A DNA stretch of 64,000 bases, taken from contig CAKOSZ010000007.1 in the NCBI GenBank assembly GCA_934119955.1, positions 5,192-69,191 on the forward strand, in the 5' to 3' direction. Shown in pieces: positions 17,302 through 26,826 of the stretch (position 1 is its first letter; the number at the start of each line of letters is the position of its first letter). Position numbers and translations under genes: made by a program. The notes under the pieces are model-generated. The model was given only the letters and a program-made list of their open reading frames with translations. It had not been told where the DNA came from and did not search any database. The DNA comes from an uncultured Bacilli bacterium (GTDB taxonomy: Bacteria > Bacillota_I > Bacilli_A > RF39 > UBA660).

Positions 17302-17869
17302 TGTTGTTGCAGTTAGACGTAGTCAATATCCAACTGATGGGAAAGCAGAATTTTTATTAGTTGGTCGTAGTAATGTTGGTAAAAGTAGTTTTATTAATAC
17401 AATTATAAATCAAAAAAACTTGGCTAGAACCTCATCTCGTCCAGGAAAAACTCAAACTTTAAATTTTTATCTTGTAAATGATTTATTTTATTTAGTTGAC
17501 GTTCCAGGATATGGTTATGCCTCAGTAAACCAAGAGACTCAAAAGAAAATGGGATTAATGATAGAAGAGTATTTAGAAAAAAGAGAAGAAATGAAAAGAG
17601 TTTTTATGTTGGTTGATTTTCGTATTAAGCCAACTGAAAATGATGTTATGATGTATGAATTTTTAAAGTATTATAACATACCAGTAACATTAGTTTTAAC
17701 AAAAGCTGATAAAGTCTCACCATCTAAAAAAGAAAAGTGTTTAAAGACAATTAAAAATACAATTGATCTTAAAGTTGGCGATGATTTAGTTATTTTTTCT
17801 AGTGTTTCTAAAACTGGTAGGGATGAAATACTTAAAATTATAGAAAATTTAGTAATTGAAACAATTTAG
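17267..17869 (+). CDS. engB: ribosome-biogenesis GTPase YsxC/EngB
   Basis: G1 GRSNVGKSS, G3 DVPGYG, G4 TKADK. Overlaps the 3' end of the nrnA-like gene. Confidence 0.8.
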   Translation: MILMKVNKCLLDVVAVRRSQYPTDGKAEFLLVGRSNVGKSSFINTIINQKNLARTSSRPGKTQTLNFYLVNDLFYLVDVPGYGYASVNQETQKKMGLMIEEYLEKREEMKRVFMLVDFRIKPTENDVMMYEFLKYYNIPVTLVLTKADKVSPSKKEKCLKTIKNTIDLKVGDDLVIFSSVSKTGRDEILKIIENLVIETI

Positions 17870-17968
17870 AATACTTGATAAGTTTAAGTATTCTTTTAAA
17901 TTTCTTTAAAGAGATTGACAAAACCATTATTTTATCTTAAAATTATATTGACAATAGGAGGAATATAG

Positions 17969-18397
17969 ATGGGAATGGAAAAATTAAAAGGTTTTTTTGG
18001 GGGATCAAACGAAGAAGTTAAAGATAATCGTAATATAAATGAAGATGAATACTATGAAATTGATGCAAAGGCATTTGCAGATAGCAGTAGTTCAAGTAAA
18101 ATGATTTTATTTGAACCACGTGCATATTCAGAAAGTCAACAAATAGCGGACTATTTAAAAAAAAGAAGTGCTGTTGTAGTTAATTTAAAAAGAGTTACTC
18201 CTGATCAAGCAAAAAGAATAGTTGATTTTTTAAGTGGAACTTTATATGCAATTAATGGAGGCTTACAAAAACTTGGAACAGGGATATTTTTGTGTACTCC
18301 AAATAACGTTAATGTAGAGGGTTCTATAAGCGATGAAGCAAAAAATAGTACTGTAAAAAAAGAAGTTAAAAATGATGAAGAAGAGGTTGACTGGTAA
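17969..18397 (+). CDS. sepF: cell-division protein SepF
   Basis: DUF552-type C-terminal domain ([32 protein letters not shown]...[23 protein letters not shown]). Confidence 0.7.
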   Translation: MGMEKLKGFFGGSNEEVKDNRNINEDEYYEIDAKAFADSSSSSKMILFEPRAYSESQQIADYLKKRSAVVVNLKRVTPDQAKRIVDFLSGTLYAINGGLQKLGTGIFLCTPNNVNVEGSISDEAKNSTVKKEVKNDEEEVDW

Positions 18398-18407
18398 CCT
18401 CTTTTTT
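18383..18407 (+). terminator. rho-independent terminator of sepF
   Basis: GAGGTT-GACTGGT-AACCTC followed by TTTTTT, overlapping the stop codon. Confidence 0.65.
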
Positions 18408-18987
18408 ATGAAAATTTGAAAAGATAAAAAAAATAATTTTTTTTTAAAAAAAAGTGTTGACATTTGTCACATATTATGGTAAATTATAATTGCTTGGTAA
18501 GATAACAAACTTGATAATAATTGTTTGACTATATAATATTTATTCATTGGAGTATTTATTATATTTATGGACTCATATTTATTCTTATAGAATATTTATT
18601 GATAGTCTTATAAGTTAATTGAGTTTAACTTATTTGTAGGCTTTATGCCTTATAGAATAATTGACTTTATTCTTTAACCTTTTTAGGTTTTTTGTATTAT
18701 TGATTTAATACTAATTTTATGAAAACAATTATTTGGTTGAGTGTTATGTTGGTATGAAAAGGTATATGGAAATATACTCATTATCGCCACCAAGTAGGAC
18801 AATTGTTTTGAGAGGAGAAAACTCAAAGATAAGTTAGTTGTAATAAACACTGATAATGTTTATTAAATATTAATATTATCTAAACAATAATATTAATTGC
18901 TACAACTATTTTCAAAACTCGCATAAATAGTTTTATCAGAACTATTTATTTTTTTTGGTTTATTAACATATACTTTACTGGTGGTAT

Positions 18988-19680
18988 ATGTTTTTAAGTA
19001 TTATAAATTTTTTAAAAGAATTATTCTTTTTTACAGGTAGTTATTCTAATAATATTTTTCCAGATCCCCTAACTGATGAAGAAGAGGAAAAATGTATTAA
19101 AAAAATGCAAAATGGAGATAAGGAAGCAAGAAATAAGTTAATAGAACACAATTTAAGATTGGTTGCCCATATTGTAAAGAAGTTTGAACATGATATAAAT
19201 ATTCAAGATGATTTAATAAGTATAGGTACAATAGGACTTATTAAAGGAATAGATACATATTCAAGTAATAAAAATGTTAAATTAACTACATACTGTGCTA
19301 GGTGTATTCAAAATGAAATCTTGATGTATTATAGAAGTAATAATAAATATAATAAAAATATTTCTATAAATGATAGTATAGGTTATGATAAAGATGGAAA
19401 TGAAATAACTATAATTGATGTTTTAAAGTCTGATAAACCAGATTTTGCTCTTGATTTGTATGAAAAAGAAAATATTAGATTACTAAGTGAATATGTAAAA
19501 GTTTTAAATAAAAGAGAAAAAGAAATAATAACTTACCGTTATGGTTTAAATAATAATGATGAATTAACACAAAAAGAGATTGCTAAGAAATTACATATTT
19601 CAAGAAGTTATGTTTCAAGGATTGAGAAAAGAGCACTTACAAAGATGTTAAGAGAATTTATAAAAAATAAACAAGATTAA
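18988..19680 (+). CDS. sigK: sporulation sigma factor SigK (pro-sigma-K, uninterrupted)
   Basis: Near-identical blocks to B. subtilis SigK: pro-sequence ...NNIFPDPLT, then ARNKLIEHNLRLVAHIVKKFE, LISIGTIGLIKGIDTY and HISRSYVSRIEKRALTKM. A CATATACT -10-like element sits ~17 nt upstream, consistent with a SigE/SigK-type promoter. Confidence 0.85.
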   Translation: MFLSIINFLKELFFFTGSYSNNIFPDPLTDEEEEKCIKKMQNGDKEARNKLIEHNLRLVAHIVKKFEHDINIQDDLISIGTIGLIKGIDTYSSNKNVKLTTYCARCIQNEILMYYRSNNKYNKNISINDSIGYDKDGNEITIIDVLKSDKPDFALDLYEKENIRLLSEYVKVLNKREKEIITYRYGLNNNDELTQKEIAKKLHISRSYVSRIEKRALTKMLREFIKNKQD

Positions 19681-19715
19681 TATATAAATGATTAAAAAGA
19701 CGTATTAAAAAGAAT

Positions 19716-19746
19716 AAAACTATTGAAATAAAATAGTTTTTTTTGT
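19716..19746 (+). terminator. rho-independent terminator of sigK
   Basis: AAAACTATT-GAAATAA-AATAGTTTT followed by a T-run. Confidence 0.7.
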
Positions 19747-19763
19747 ATAATTTAGGTATAAGT

Positions 19764-19792
19764 TTGACAAAAAGTGTAAAATATGATAAAAT
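19764..19792 (+). promoter_or_regulatory. sigma-A promoter of the first gene of the T4SS-like block
   Basis: TTGACA, 17 nt, then TGA-TAAAAT (extended -10). AAAGGAG lies 9 nt before the ATG at 19821. Confidence 0.55.
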
Positions 19793-19820
19793 ATGGCCAA
19801 TTAAAAAGGAGTGGGATAGT

Positions 19821-21575
19821 ATGGAAGAACAATTAAAAATGTATGATGAAATATTTAGAGTAGTAGGGGAGAGTTTAGAAGAAAAACTTACTAAACTTAA
19901 TTATGAGAATTATGAAAAATTAGATTCAACAGACCTAGGCAAGGAAAAAAAGAAGAAATTTAATGAAAAAATAGAAGAATATTTTTCTATGTATAGGGAT
20001 ACAACTCGTCGTGATAGTACAGAACCAGGTTATGTTGCTTTTAAGGAAAAATTAAGCTATTTAAATAAAAAGCTAAAAGATGAAGGAAAAGATCAAATTG
20101 AAAATGCAGAGGACTTCTTCAATTTTAAAAAGAAATTAGAAGAAGAAAAAGAAAAAGAAAAACATGATACACCTAATGATGAAAGTAAGAGTGATGATGC
20201 ACCAAAACACGTGGATACTGAACCTAGTAAAAAAATGCCTGATAAAAAAGGAAAAGTAAATAGTTGGTGGGCTGAAAATATCAAGCCAACTGTAAAACGT
20301 TGGATGAAGTTTGTTGGCGGTGTTGCTGGAGTTGCACTTCTTGCTTCTAGTATTGCTGCTCCTGGGAATATACCATTATTGTTACTTTTGTCCGGTGTTG
20401 TAGAAGGAGTATTACTAGGTGTAAAAGAATTACCAACTGTTATTAAATTTGTTACGTTGCTTCCACGTAAAGGAATAGATTTTATTAAGTCGTTAAAAGA
20501 AAAGAGCAAGGAAAAACAAAAAGGAAAGAAAAAGAATAAAAAAAGAAAAAAACAAAAAAGTAATTCTAGTTCAAGAGAATCAGTTGAAGATTATGAGAAA
20601 ACATTATCTGAAGGTATGATACATGATGATGAAAAAAAAGAAAATGATATATCTGTTGACGAAAAAACAGAAGAAGATATGACCACTGCTTTAGATAATA
20701 TACCTACCGATGAAAAATCGGAAGAAGATAAAGCAGAAGAAGATATGACTACTGCTTTAGATAATATGCTTACTGATGAAAAATCAGAAGAAGATAAAGT
20801 AGATGATATATCTACTGATGATAAATCAAAAAGTGATGTAACTCCAGACTTGCCAGTTAGCAATGCAGATATCAAAGAACAAAGAGAACAAAAAATACAA
20901 AGATTAAAGAATACAAAACAACGATTAGTTGAAGCAAAGGAAAGACTAAGAAAACAAAAAGAAGAGCAAACAAAGCAAGAAAATGGTGTTCAAGATAAAA
21001 GCGATGTTGTGACTCATTCTAGTGGAACACATGAAAATATTATTGATCGACAATTAAATGCGCTTGCTGACAATCATGTAGGGTATACAGGTAATTATGA
21101 TGAAACTGATTTAGAAAAACGTATTATAGTAGAAGATGAACTGAAAAAGCTTAATGAACAAATTGCACAACTTTCAAATTCAAGAAATTATGATGGTAAT
21201 TATGACGAGACAGAAATTGAAAAACAAGCATTGATAGAGCGTAAAAATCAATTGGAAAAATTTATTATGTCTAAAAAGAGTCCTGCAATGCAAACAGCTG
21301 TAATAGATGATGTTCGTACGCAGTCACGAATTTCAAAATTACCTTCTCAAAGTGATGATGTTGAAAAGATAAATTCAAAAATAAATGAGCTTTCAAGTTT
21401 GTTAGGTAAGTCTAATTATGTTCCAGAAGCAGAAAAAAATAAAGATAAAGAATATATTGAATTGTCAAGAGAATTAGAAGAATTAAAAAAAACAAGAGAA
21501 AAAATAATACAACAAAAAAATATTGAAAGCATACAACAATCAGAAAATCAAGAAGAATTTAGTAGGAAAATGTGA
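19821..21575 (+). CDS. membrane-anchored coiled-coil protein with a lysine-rich linker and acidic tandem repeats (T4SS-associated, unknown function)
   Basis: Central TM helix (VGGVAGVALLASSIAAPGNIPLLLLLSGVV), a KKKNKKRKKQK stretch, two 22-aa EEDMTTALDN... repeats, and a long heptad-rich C-terminal region. The ORF track's start at 19743 lies upstream of the promoter, so the start is taken at 19821. Confidence 0.45.
   Translation: MEEQLKMYDEIFRVVGESLEEKLTKLNYENYEKLDSTDLGKEKKKKFNEKIEEYFSMYRDTTRRDSTEPGYVAFKEKLSYLNKKLKDEGKDQIENAEDFFNFKKKLEEEKEKEKHDTPNDESKSDDAPKHVDTEPSKKMPDKKGKVNSWWAENIKPTVKRWMKFVGGVAGVALLASSIAAPGNIPLLLLLSGVVEGVLLGVKELPTVIKFVTLLPRKGIDFIKSLKEKSKEKQKGKKKNKKRKKQKSNSSSRESVEDYEKTLSEGMIHDDEKKENDISVDEKTEEDMTTALDNIPTDEKSEEDKAEEDMTTALDNMLTDEKSEEDKVDDISTDDKSKSDVTPDLPVSNADIKEQREQKIQRLKNTKQRLVEAKERLRKQKEEQTKQENGVQDKSDVVTHSSGTHENIIDRQLNALADNHVGYTGNYDETDLEKRIIVEDELKKLNEQIAQLSNSRNYDGNYDETEIEKQALIERKNQLEKFIMSKKSPAMQTAVIDDVRTQSRISKLPSQSDDVEKINSKINELSSLLGKSNYVPEAEKNKDKEYIELSRELEELKKTREKIIQQKNIESIQQSENQEEFSRKM
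20669..20800 (+). repeat. 2 x 66-bp in-frame tandem repeat inside the coiled-coil protein gene
   Basis: GAAGAAGATATGAC(C/T)ACTGCTTTAGATAATAT...GATGAAAAATC(G/A)GAAGAAGATAAAG(C/T)A is repeated head-to-tail. Confidence 0.8.
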
Positions 21576-21912
21576 ATCTAGAACATAGTAGTTATTGATA
21601 CTTACTAATGTATTGAGGTAAAATACATAGAATAATAATTAGTACAAAAATAATTAATTTGAGGGAGGTCAAATAATATTTGACTTCCTTTAATATTGCA
21701 AAAATTATCGTTGCTATAAAAATGATTTATTTATGAAGATTAATGTGTAGTGAAAAGTAGTTTAGTTGAATTATAAAATTATGATTTTTACTTTACAAAT
21801 GAAGAAAAATTTAGTAATATATTTGTGTATTTATTTAAAAAAGTTTACATTTTTGAATTGAAATGTTATACTTAAATATATAGTAATTAAATCTTTTTGT
21901 TTGGAGGTATTT

Positions 21913-24093
21913 ATGCTAATATTATCAATTTTCGATGGATTAATAGAAGGTCTTAATGATGCTTTGCGTGCTTTTTTTATGACAATTGATCAAATAGTGT
22001 ATTGGTTTATAGAAATTATTTTTCAATTAATTATGGATTTAGCAAATACAGAAATATTTACACAAACTACTATTGATGTATTTGCTAAGCGTATATATGT
22101 AATACTGGGATTAGTAATGGTATTTAAAATGATGATATCGTTTGTTCAAATTCTAATTGATCCAGATACAATGACTGATAAAGAAAAAGGTGTAGGAGCA
22201 GTTTTAAAAAGAGTTGTAATCTCATTAATCTTGATAGTCTTAGTTCCATCAATATTTTCTCTTGCAAGGGAGGTCCAATCGTATATTTTACCTGTTATCC
22301 CGAGAGTTATAATGGGAGTTAATACTCCTGATCAAGAGGAAGTAATAGAATCAAGGGTTGGAAGAATTATGGCTTGGTATTCTTTTTTGCCGTTTTTTGG
22401 TTACGAAGGAACATGTAATGATGGTTCAATTATTTCATATTATTCTGATGATGGTTCTGATATGACTTCATCTGATGTTGTTATTTCTTCTGTAAATGAT
22501 GCATATATAAACATTAATCGTAAAGATAACGAATGTGGCGGAGGAGCTTTTCATTATGTGTATAGTTATAAGTGGATTATTTCAACTATTGTAGGAGCGT
22601 ATTTATTATATACATTGGTTACCGTTGCAGTTCTTACTGCAAAAAGAGCAATTAAACTTGGAATTTGTGAATTCATTGCGCCAATTCCAATAGCAAGTTA
22701 TATCGATCCTAAAACATCTAAATCAACTTTTGATAAATGGGTAAGTACTAGTATAAAAGTATATCTTGATTTGTTTATACAGTTAATAGTAGTATACTTT
22801 GTTGCTTTTGTTTTTACTGTTATTGCAAAGAAAGAAAATGTAGCGATTATTGTTGCTAATACTGGTAGCTTTTTTAGAGCTACACTTGTTATATTATTTA
22901 TTATTGTAGGATTAGTAAATTTTGTTAGAGAATTTCCTAAATTTTTATCTGATTTATTAGGACTTGGTACAAACGGAGATATTGCCAGTATATTTAAAGG
23001 TGCTGGTTGGAAACAGGTTGGTGGAACCTTGGCTGCGCCTGCAGCTGCTATAAGTGCTGGGCTTTCAGCATCTAACTATTCTAGAAGAAAAGGTGAACCT
23101 GCTCTTAAAGCAGTCGGTAGAGGATTAAGTGCAGGATTTAGAGGTGCGTCGGCATCATTTGGGGCAGCAAGTAGTGGCAAAGGGTTAAAAGAAGTTTATG
23201 GAACTCGTGAAAAGGTTCATGGTGCTTCAATGAGAAGAATTAATAGAGCATATGCAAAAAGTCAACAAAAAGATGATTATAAAAAACATATGAAAATTTA
23301 TCAAGAAGCACAACCAGAATTAGAAAATGCAAGAAGTAATCTTCTTGAAAGTAGACAAGCTGCAGCAGAGTCTTGGAGTAAATATATAGAAGCGAGAGAA
23401 AGAGGGGATAATAACGCAGCGAATATACATAAAATGGATTATGATAATTTTAAATCTGCGGAAGCTCGTTATCAAAAGGAAGTTGAAAAATTGGAGGCAA
23501 TAAAAAAACCTATTCGTCCTACTTCATATGGCATTGGAAAAGCATCTGCAATGGCTAAAAGTTTTGTAGGAACACCTGTTCCAGATTCTAAAACGTATAC
23601 AGAAGCCGCTAAAATTATGATGAGCGGAAAGAAAATATTTAACGATGCTAAAGTGAAAGTTACTGACGATCCTACTTTAATTCGAGATCGATTTGAAATT
23701 AAGGATAAAAATGGTAGAAGTTATGGGGTGCATTCGTTTGCTGAGGTTTATGCAGCACATAATCAGGCAGGAATTAGTGGAAGTGCTGAACTTGATGGGG
23801 AATCATATACTTCTGCTGAATTAGAAACGATTTATGGCGAGGCCTTAAAGAAAGCAGCAACGTTATATGTTAATGGTGTACAGGAAGGAACAGTTGATAA
23901 TGGTACTATGAAGCAGGATATTAATATTTTTGAAAAGTCACTTGCAAATGAAATGATAATTGATTCTACCGATAGAGGACTTATTACTTACGATGAAAAT
24001 AGACCTGGTGAATTCCTTAAGGGTGCCGATGAAGTTGCTAGAACTTTCGATTCGCGTGCTCAAGATTTAAGAGCAGTTGAAGAAAATAAATGA
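21913..24093 (+). CDS. VirB6/TrbL-like polytopic membrane protein (PrgH/TcpH/Tn916-Orf15 class)
   Basis: At least 6 TM helices in the N-terminal two-thirds, an extracytoplasmic Cys-containing loop, and a long hydrophilic C-terminal domain. It sits immediately upstream of the VirB3/VirB4 homologues. GGAGG lies before the ATG at 21913. Confidence 0.5.
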   Translation: MLILSIFDGLIEGLNDALRAFFMTIDQIVYWFIEIIFQLIMDLANTEIFTQTTIDVFAKRIYVILGLVMVFKMMISFVQILIDPDTMTDKEKGVGAVLKRVVISLILIVLVPSIFSLAREVQSYILPVIPRVIMGVNTPDQEEVIESRVGRIMAWYSFLPFFGYEGTCNDGSIISYYSDDGSDMTSSDVVISSVNDAYININRKDNECGGGAFHYVYSYKWIISTIVGAYLLYTLVTVAVLTAKRAIKLGICEFIAPIPIASYIDPKTSKSTFDKWVSTSIKVYLDLFIQLIVVYFVAFVFTVIAKKENVAIIVANTGSFFRATLVILFIIVGLVNFVREFPKFLSDLLGLGTNGDIASIFKGAGWKQVGGTLAAPAAAISAGLSASNYSRRKGEPALKAVGRGLSAGFRGASASFGAASSGKGLKEVYGTREKVHGASMRRINRAYAKSQQKDDYKKHMKIYQEAQPELENARSNLLESRQAAAESWSKYIEARERGDNNAANIHKMDYDNFKSAEARYQKEVEKLEAIKKPIRPTSYGIGKASAMAKSFVGTPVPDSKTYTEAAKIMMSGKKIFNDAKVKVTDDPTLIRDRFEIKDKNGRSYGVHSFAEVYAAHNQAGISGSAELDGESYTSAELETIYGEALKKAATLYVNGVQEGTVDNGTMKQDINIFEKSLANEMIIDSTDRGLITYDENRPGEFLKGADEVARTFDSRAQDLRAVEENK

Positions 24094-24126
24094 TTATATA
24101 TAATTTTAGGAGTGTGATATTAGAAT

Positions 24127-24450
24127 ATGAACAATCAATATTTAATACCTGCGAATACAAAAAGGGGTCAGTTGATATTTGGTATATTTATGCTAAATGA
24201 TCTTATAATTTTTGGAATAGGAATAGGAATTACTTTACTTGCCTTAGTTATAATGTCCTTAACCGATACAATGAGTAATATTACTTCTATTTTGGCAATT
24301 CTTCCTGGATTAGTTGCGGTATTTCTTGTTTTTCCGTTTCCAAATTATCATAATATTAGAACAGCAATTGGAGAATTAATAGCCTTTTATACTAATAGGC
24401 AAAAATATAAATGGAGAGGATGGTGTGCAAGTTATGAATTCAAAGACTAA
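24127..24450 (+). CDS. small two-TM protein, VirB3/PrgI/TcpE-like
   Basis: 107 aa with two hydrophobic helices. It is placed directly before VirB4, as in Gram-positive T4SS operons. Confidence 0.35.
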   Translation: MNNQYLIPANTKRGQLIFGIFMLNDLIIFGIGIGITLLALVIMSLTDTMSNITSILAILPGLVAVFLVFPFPNYHNIRTAIGELIAFYTNRQKYKWRGWCASYEFKD

Positions 24451-25033
24451 TTTAGTTAATAACAATCAAAATAGAAATCAAAGTACTAAAAAAACAACGT
24501 CGCCTTATACAGAAGATTGGGTAAATGTTAAAGGAATTAAAGATGGAGTAATATTATTACCAAATCGTGATATGGTTACGGGTGTTAAAATTTATCCTAG
24601 AAATATATTTATTTTAGACCCAATTCAGCAAGAAAGTGTTTTAAATGCAATGAGAAATTTTTACAATTTGATGAATTTTGAATTTTGGTTAATTGTTGCT
24701 GATAGACCTGTTGATATATCAGTTTATCAATCACAACTTCAAATAATGCTTCAAAATGCAACAAATCCTGCACAAATAAAAATAATCGCTCAGGATATAG
24801 AAAAAGCCAATATGTTTATTAATAATCAAGTTGTTGATACAGAGTACTATATTTTATTTAAAGAAAAAAAACAAGATGAAATTGAACGCAAAATTCGTTT
24901 AATTATAAATGGTCTTGCAGGATGTGGACTTAATTCTAGTCAGACATCAAATGATGATTTAAGAACAATTTTAGATAATTTCTTAAATGGTGGTGTGAGA
25001 ACTGATTTTGGAACGGTGGTGTTAGAAAAATGA
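24434..25033 (+). CDS. VirB4-family ATPase, N-terminal domain encoded as a separate ORF
   Basis: Resembles a VirB4/TrbE N-terminal domain (VKIYPRNIFILDPIQQESVLNAMRNFYNLMNFEFWLIV). Its stop overlaps the next ATG as ATGA (25030-25033). Confidence 0.5.
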   Translation: MNSKTNLVNNNQNRNQSTKKTTSPYTEDWVNVKGIKDGVILLPNRDMVTGVKIYPRNIFILDPIQQESVLNAMRNFYNLMNFEFWLIVADRPVDISVYQSQLQIMLQNATNPAQIKIIAQDIEKANMFINNQVVDTEYYILFKEKKQDEIERKIRLIINGLAGCGLNSSQTSNDDLRTILDNFLNGGVRTDFGTVVLEK

Positions 25034-26817
25034 GTATATTTAAAAGTGAAATTGCTCCTAAGGGGTTACAGTTTAATTCAGGTGATTTTAGAATTAGCGA
25101 TAAGTATGCAACTATATTAACTGCCATATCTTATCCAAAATTTATTACACCAGGCTATCTTGCTGATTTAACTAATATTTCAGGTGTTAAGGTTGTAATT
25201 AAGCATATACCTGTTCCTTTTTCATTGATGCAAAAAATGATAAATAAACAAATTGCTGATTATAGACAACGTTATCAAGATGAAAAAGACAAAACTATGC
25301 AAGAAAGATATCGTCAAGAATATGAATCACTTGAGTATTTTGTTTCTATGCTTGCTGCTAATCAATCAACAATATTTGATTTTCAAATGCATATTATGAT
25401 AACTGCTGATAGCAAAGAAGAATTAGAACTAAAAAAGACAAATGTTAAAAATTATTTAGATTCTATGGAATTAAGAGCAGTTTCTCTTAGATTTGAACAA
25501 GAAACTATATTTAAATCAATGTTGCCAATTTTTCCAAAACAAAAAGTTGAGCAAAGGATTGGTACAATCATTCCATCAGTCACCGTTGCTGGAATGTATC
25601 CGTTTGTTTTTGATTCAATTAAAGATCCAGGATTATCAAATTTGATAGGCGTTGACTTTTCTGGGGGAGTAATTTTATTCAATCAGTTTTTATACAAATA
25701 TAGAAAAGAAATGAACAGAAATAATGCTAATATGATTATTCTTGGTGGATCTGGTTCTGGTAAGTCAACAGCAGCTAAATTATTACTTCGTGGCCATATT
25801 AGAAATGGTTGTCAAATAGTTGCAATTGATCCAGAAAACGAACTTGAAGATATGACAAGACTTTATGGTGGCGATGTTGTTGATCTTGGAAAAGGCGGAG
25901 CATATGGTATGATAAATCCACTTGAAGTTGTATTAGATGCTGATGAAGAAGATATTAAGCAAGGCCTTGGACATACTGTTTTAACAAGAACTCTTCAATT
26001 CTTAAAGGCATTCATGCGCTATTATTATCCTGATATTGAAGATGATGTTCAAACATTATTTAGCGAAATTGTTCAAGATACATATAGACGTTTTGAAATT
26101 GATTTTACAAGCGACTTTACTAATAAAACAAGTGAGGATTTTCCTACTTTTTCAGATGTTTATGCAACGATAAGAGGACGTTTAACATCCATGACTGAAA
26201 AAACTCATGAACGTGATATTATGGAACGTCTTGAACTTAAAATAAGACCATTTGTTCGTGAACTTAGTTATTATTTTAATGGTCATACAACAATTAGAAA
26301 AGATAGTAATTACATAGTATTCAATATAAAAGAATTAATGAATCAAGATACAAATATTAAAAATGCTTTATTTTTTAACATTTTAAAATTTGCTTGGGGA
26401 TTATGCTTAGATAGAAGTCGTGATACTATTTTAATGGTAGATGAAGCGCATGTTCTTTTAGCAGGCAAAAATGTTTTAGGTGCTGATTTCTTGGCACAGG
26501 TTCAAAGAAGAAGTCGTAAGTATAATACAGGAACCATTATTATTACTCAACAACCTACTGACTTTTCAGATCCAGAAGTTATTACACAAGGAAAAGCAAT
26601 TTTTGATAATGCATCATATTACTTAATAATGCAACTTAGAAAACAAGCGGTTGAAGATTTATCACATTTAGTTGATTTAAATGAAAATGAAATAGAAAGT
26701 ATAAAGAGATACTCGCAGGGGCAAGCATTGTTTGTATGTGGTGCAAGACGTATGCAAATAGACGTTGTTGCAACACAAGATGAACTTGATTCGTTTGGTT
26801 CAGGTGGAGGATTATAG
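25030..26817 (+). CDS. VirB4-family conjugative ATPase (C-terminal ATPase part)
   Basis: Walker A MIILGGSGSGKST, Walker B/DExD ILMVDEAH, and a CagE/TrbE/VirB4-like YPKFITPGYLADL segment. Confidence 0.8.
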   Translation: MSIFKSEIAPKGLQFNSGDFRISDKYATILTAISYPKFITPGYLADLTNISGVKVVIKHIPVPFSLMQKMINKQIADYRQRYQDEKDKTMQERYRQEYESLEYFVSMLAANQSTIFDFQMHIMITADSKEELELKKTNVKNYLDSMELRAVSLRFEQETIFKSMLPIFPKQKVEQRIGTIIPSVTVAGMYPFVFDSIKDPGLSNLIGVDFSGGVILFNQFLYKYRKEMNRNNANMIILGGSGSGKSTAAKLLLRGHIRNGCQIVAIDPENELEDMTRLYGGDVVDLGKGGAYGMINPLEVVLDADEEDIKQGLGHTVLTRTLQFLKAFMRYYYPDIEDDVQTLFSEIVQDTYRRFEIDFTSDFTNKTSEDFPTFSDVYATIRGRLTSMTEKTHERDIMERLELKIRPFVRELSYYFNGHTTIRKDSNYIVFNIKELMNQDTNIKNALFFNILKFAWGLCLDRSRDTILMVDEAHVLLAGKNVLGADFLAQVQRRSRKYNTGTIIITQQPTDFSDPEVITQGKAIFDNASYYLIMQLRKQAVEDLSHLVDLNENEIESIKRYSQGQALFVCGARRMQIDVVATQDELDSFGSGGGL

Positions 26818-26826
26818 AAGTAAAGG

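Noticed and set aside
18988-19680. Possibility that sigK is interrupted by a skin-like element.
   Set aside because: The ORF is contiguous and closely resembles B. subtilis SigK end to end. The neighbouring 20-kb block lies downstream of the stop codon, not inside the gene.
24434-25033. Interpreting the 200-aa ORF before VirB4 as a VirB8/TcpC-like protein.
   Set aside because: Its sequence pattern matches the N-terminal domain of VirB4/TrbE. Its length plus that of the downstream ORF sums to a canonical VirB4. It has no N-terminal TM as VirB8/PrgL would have.
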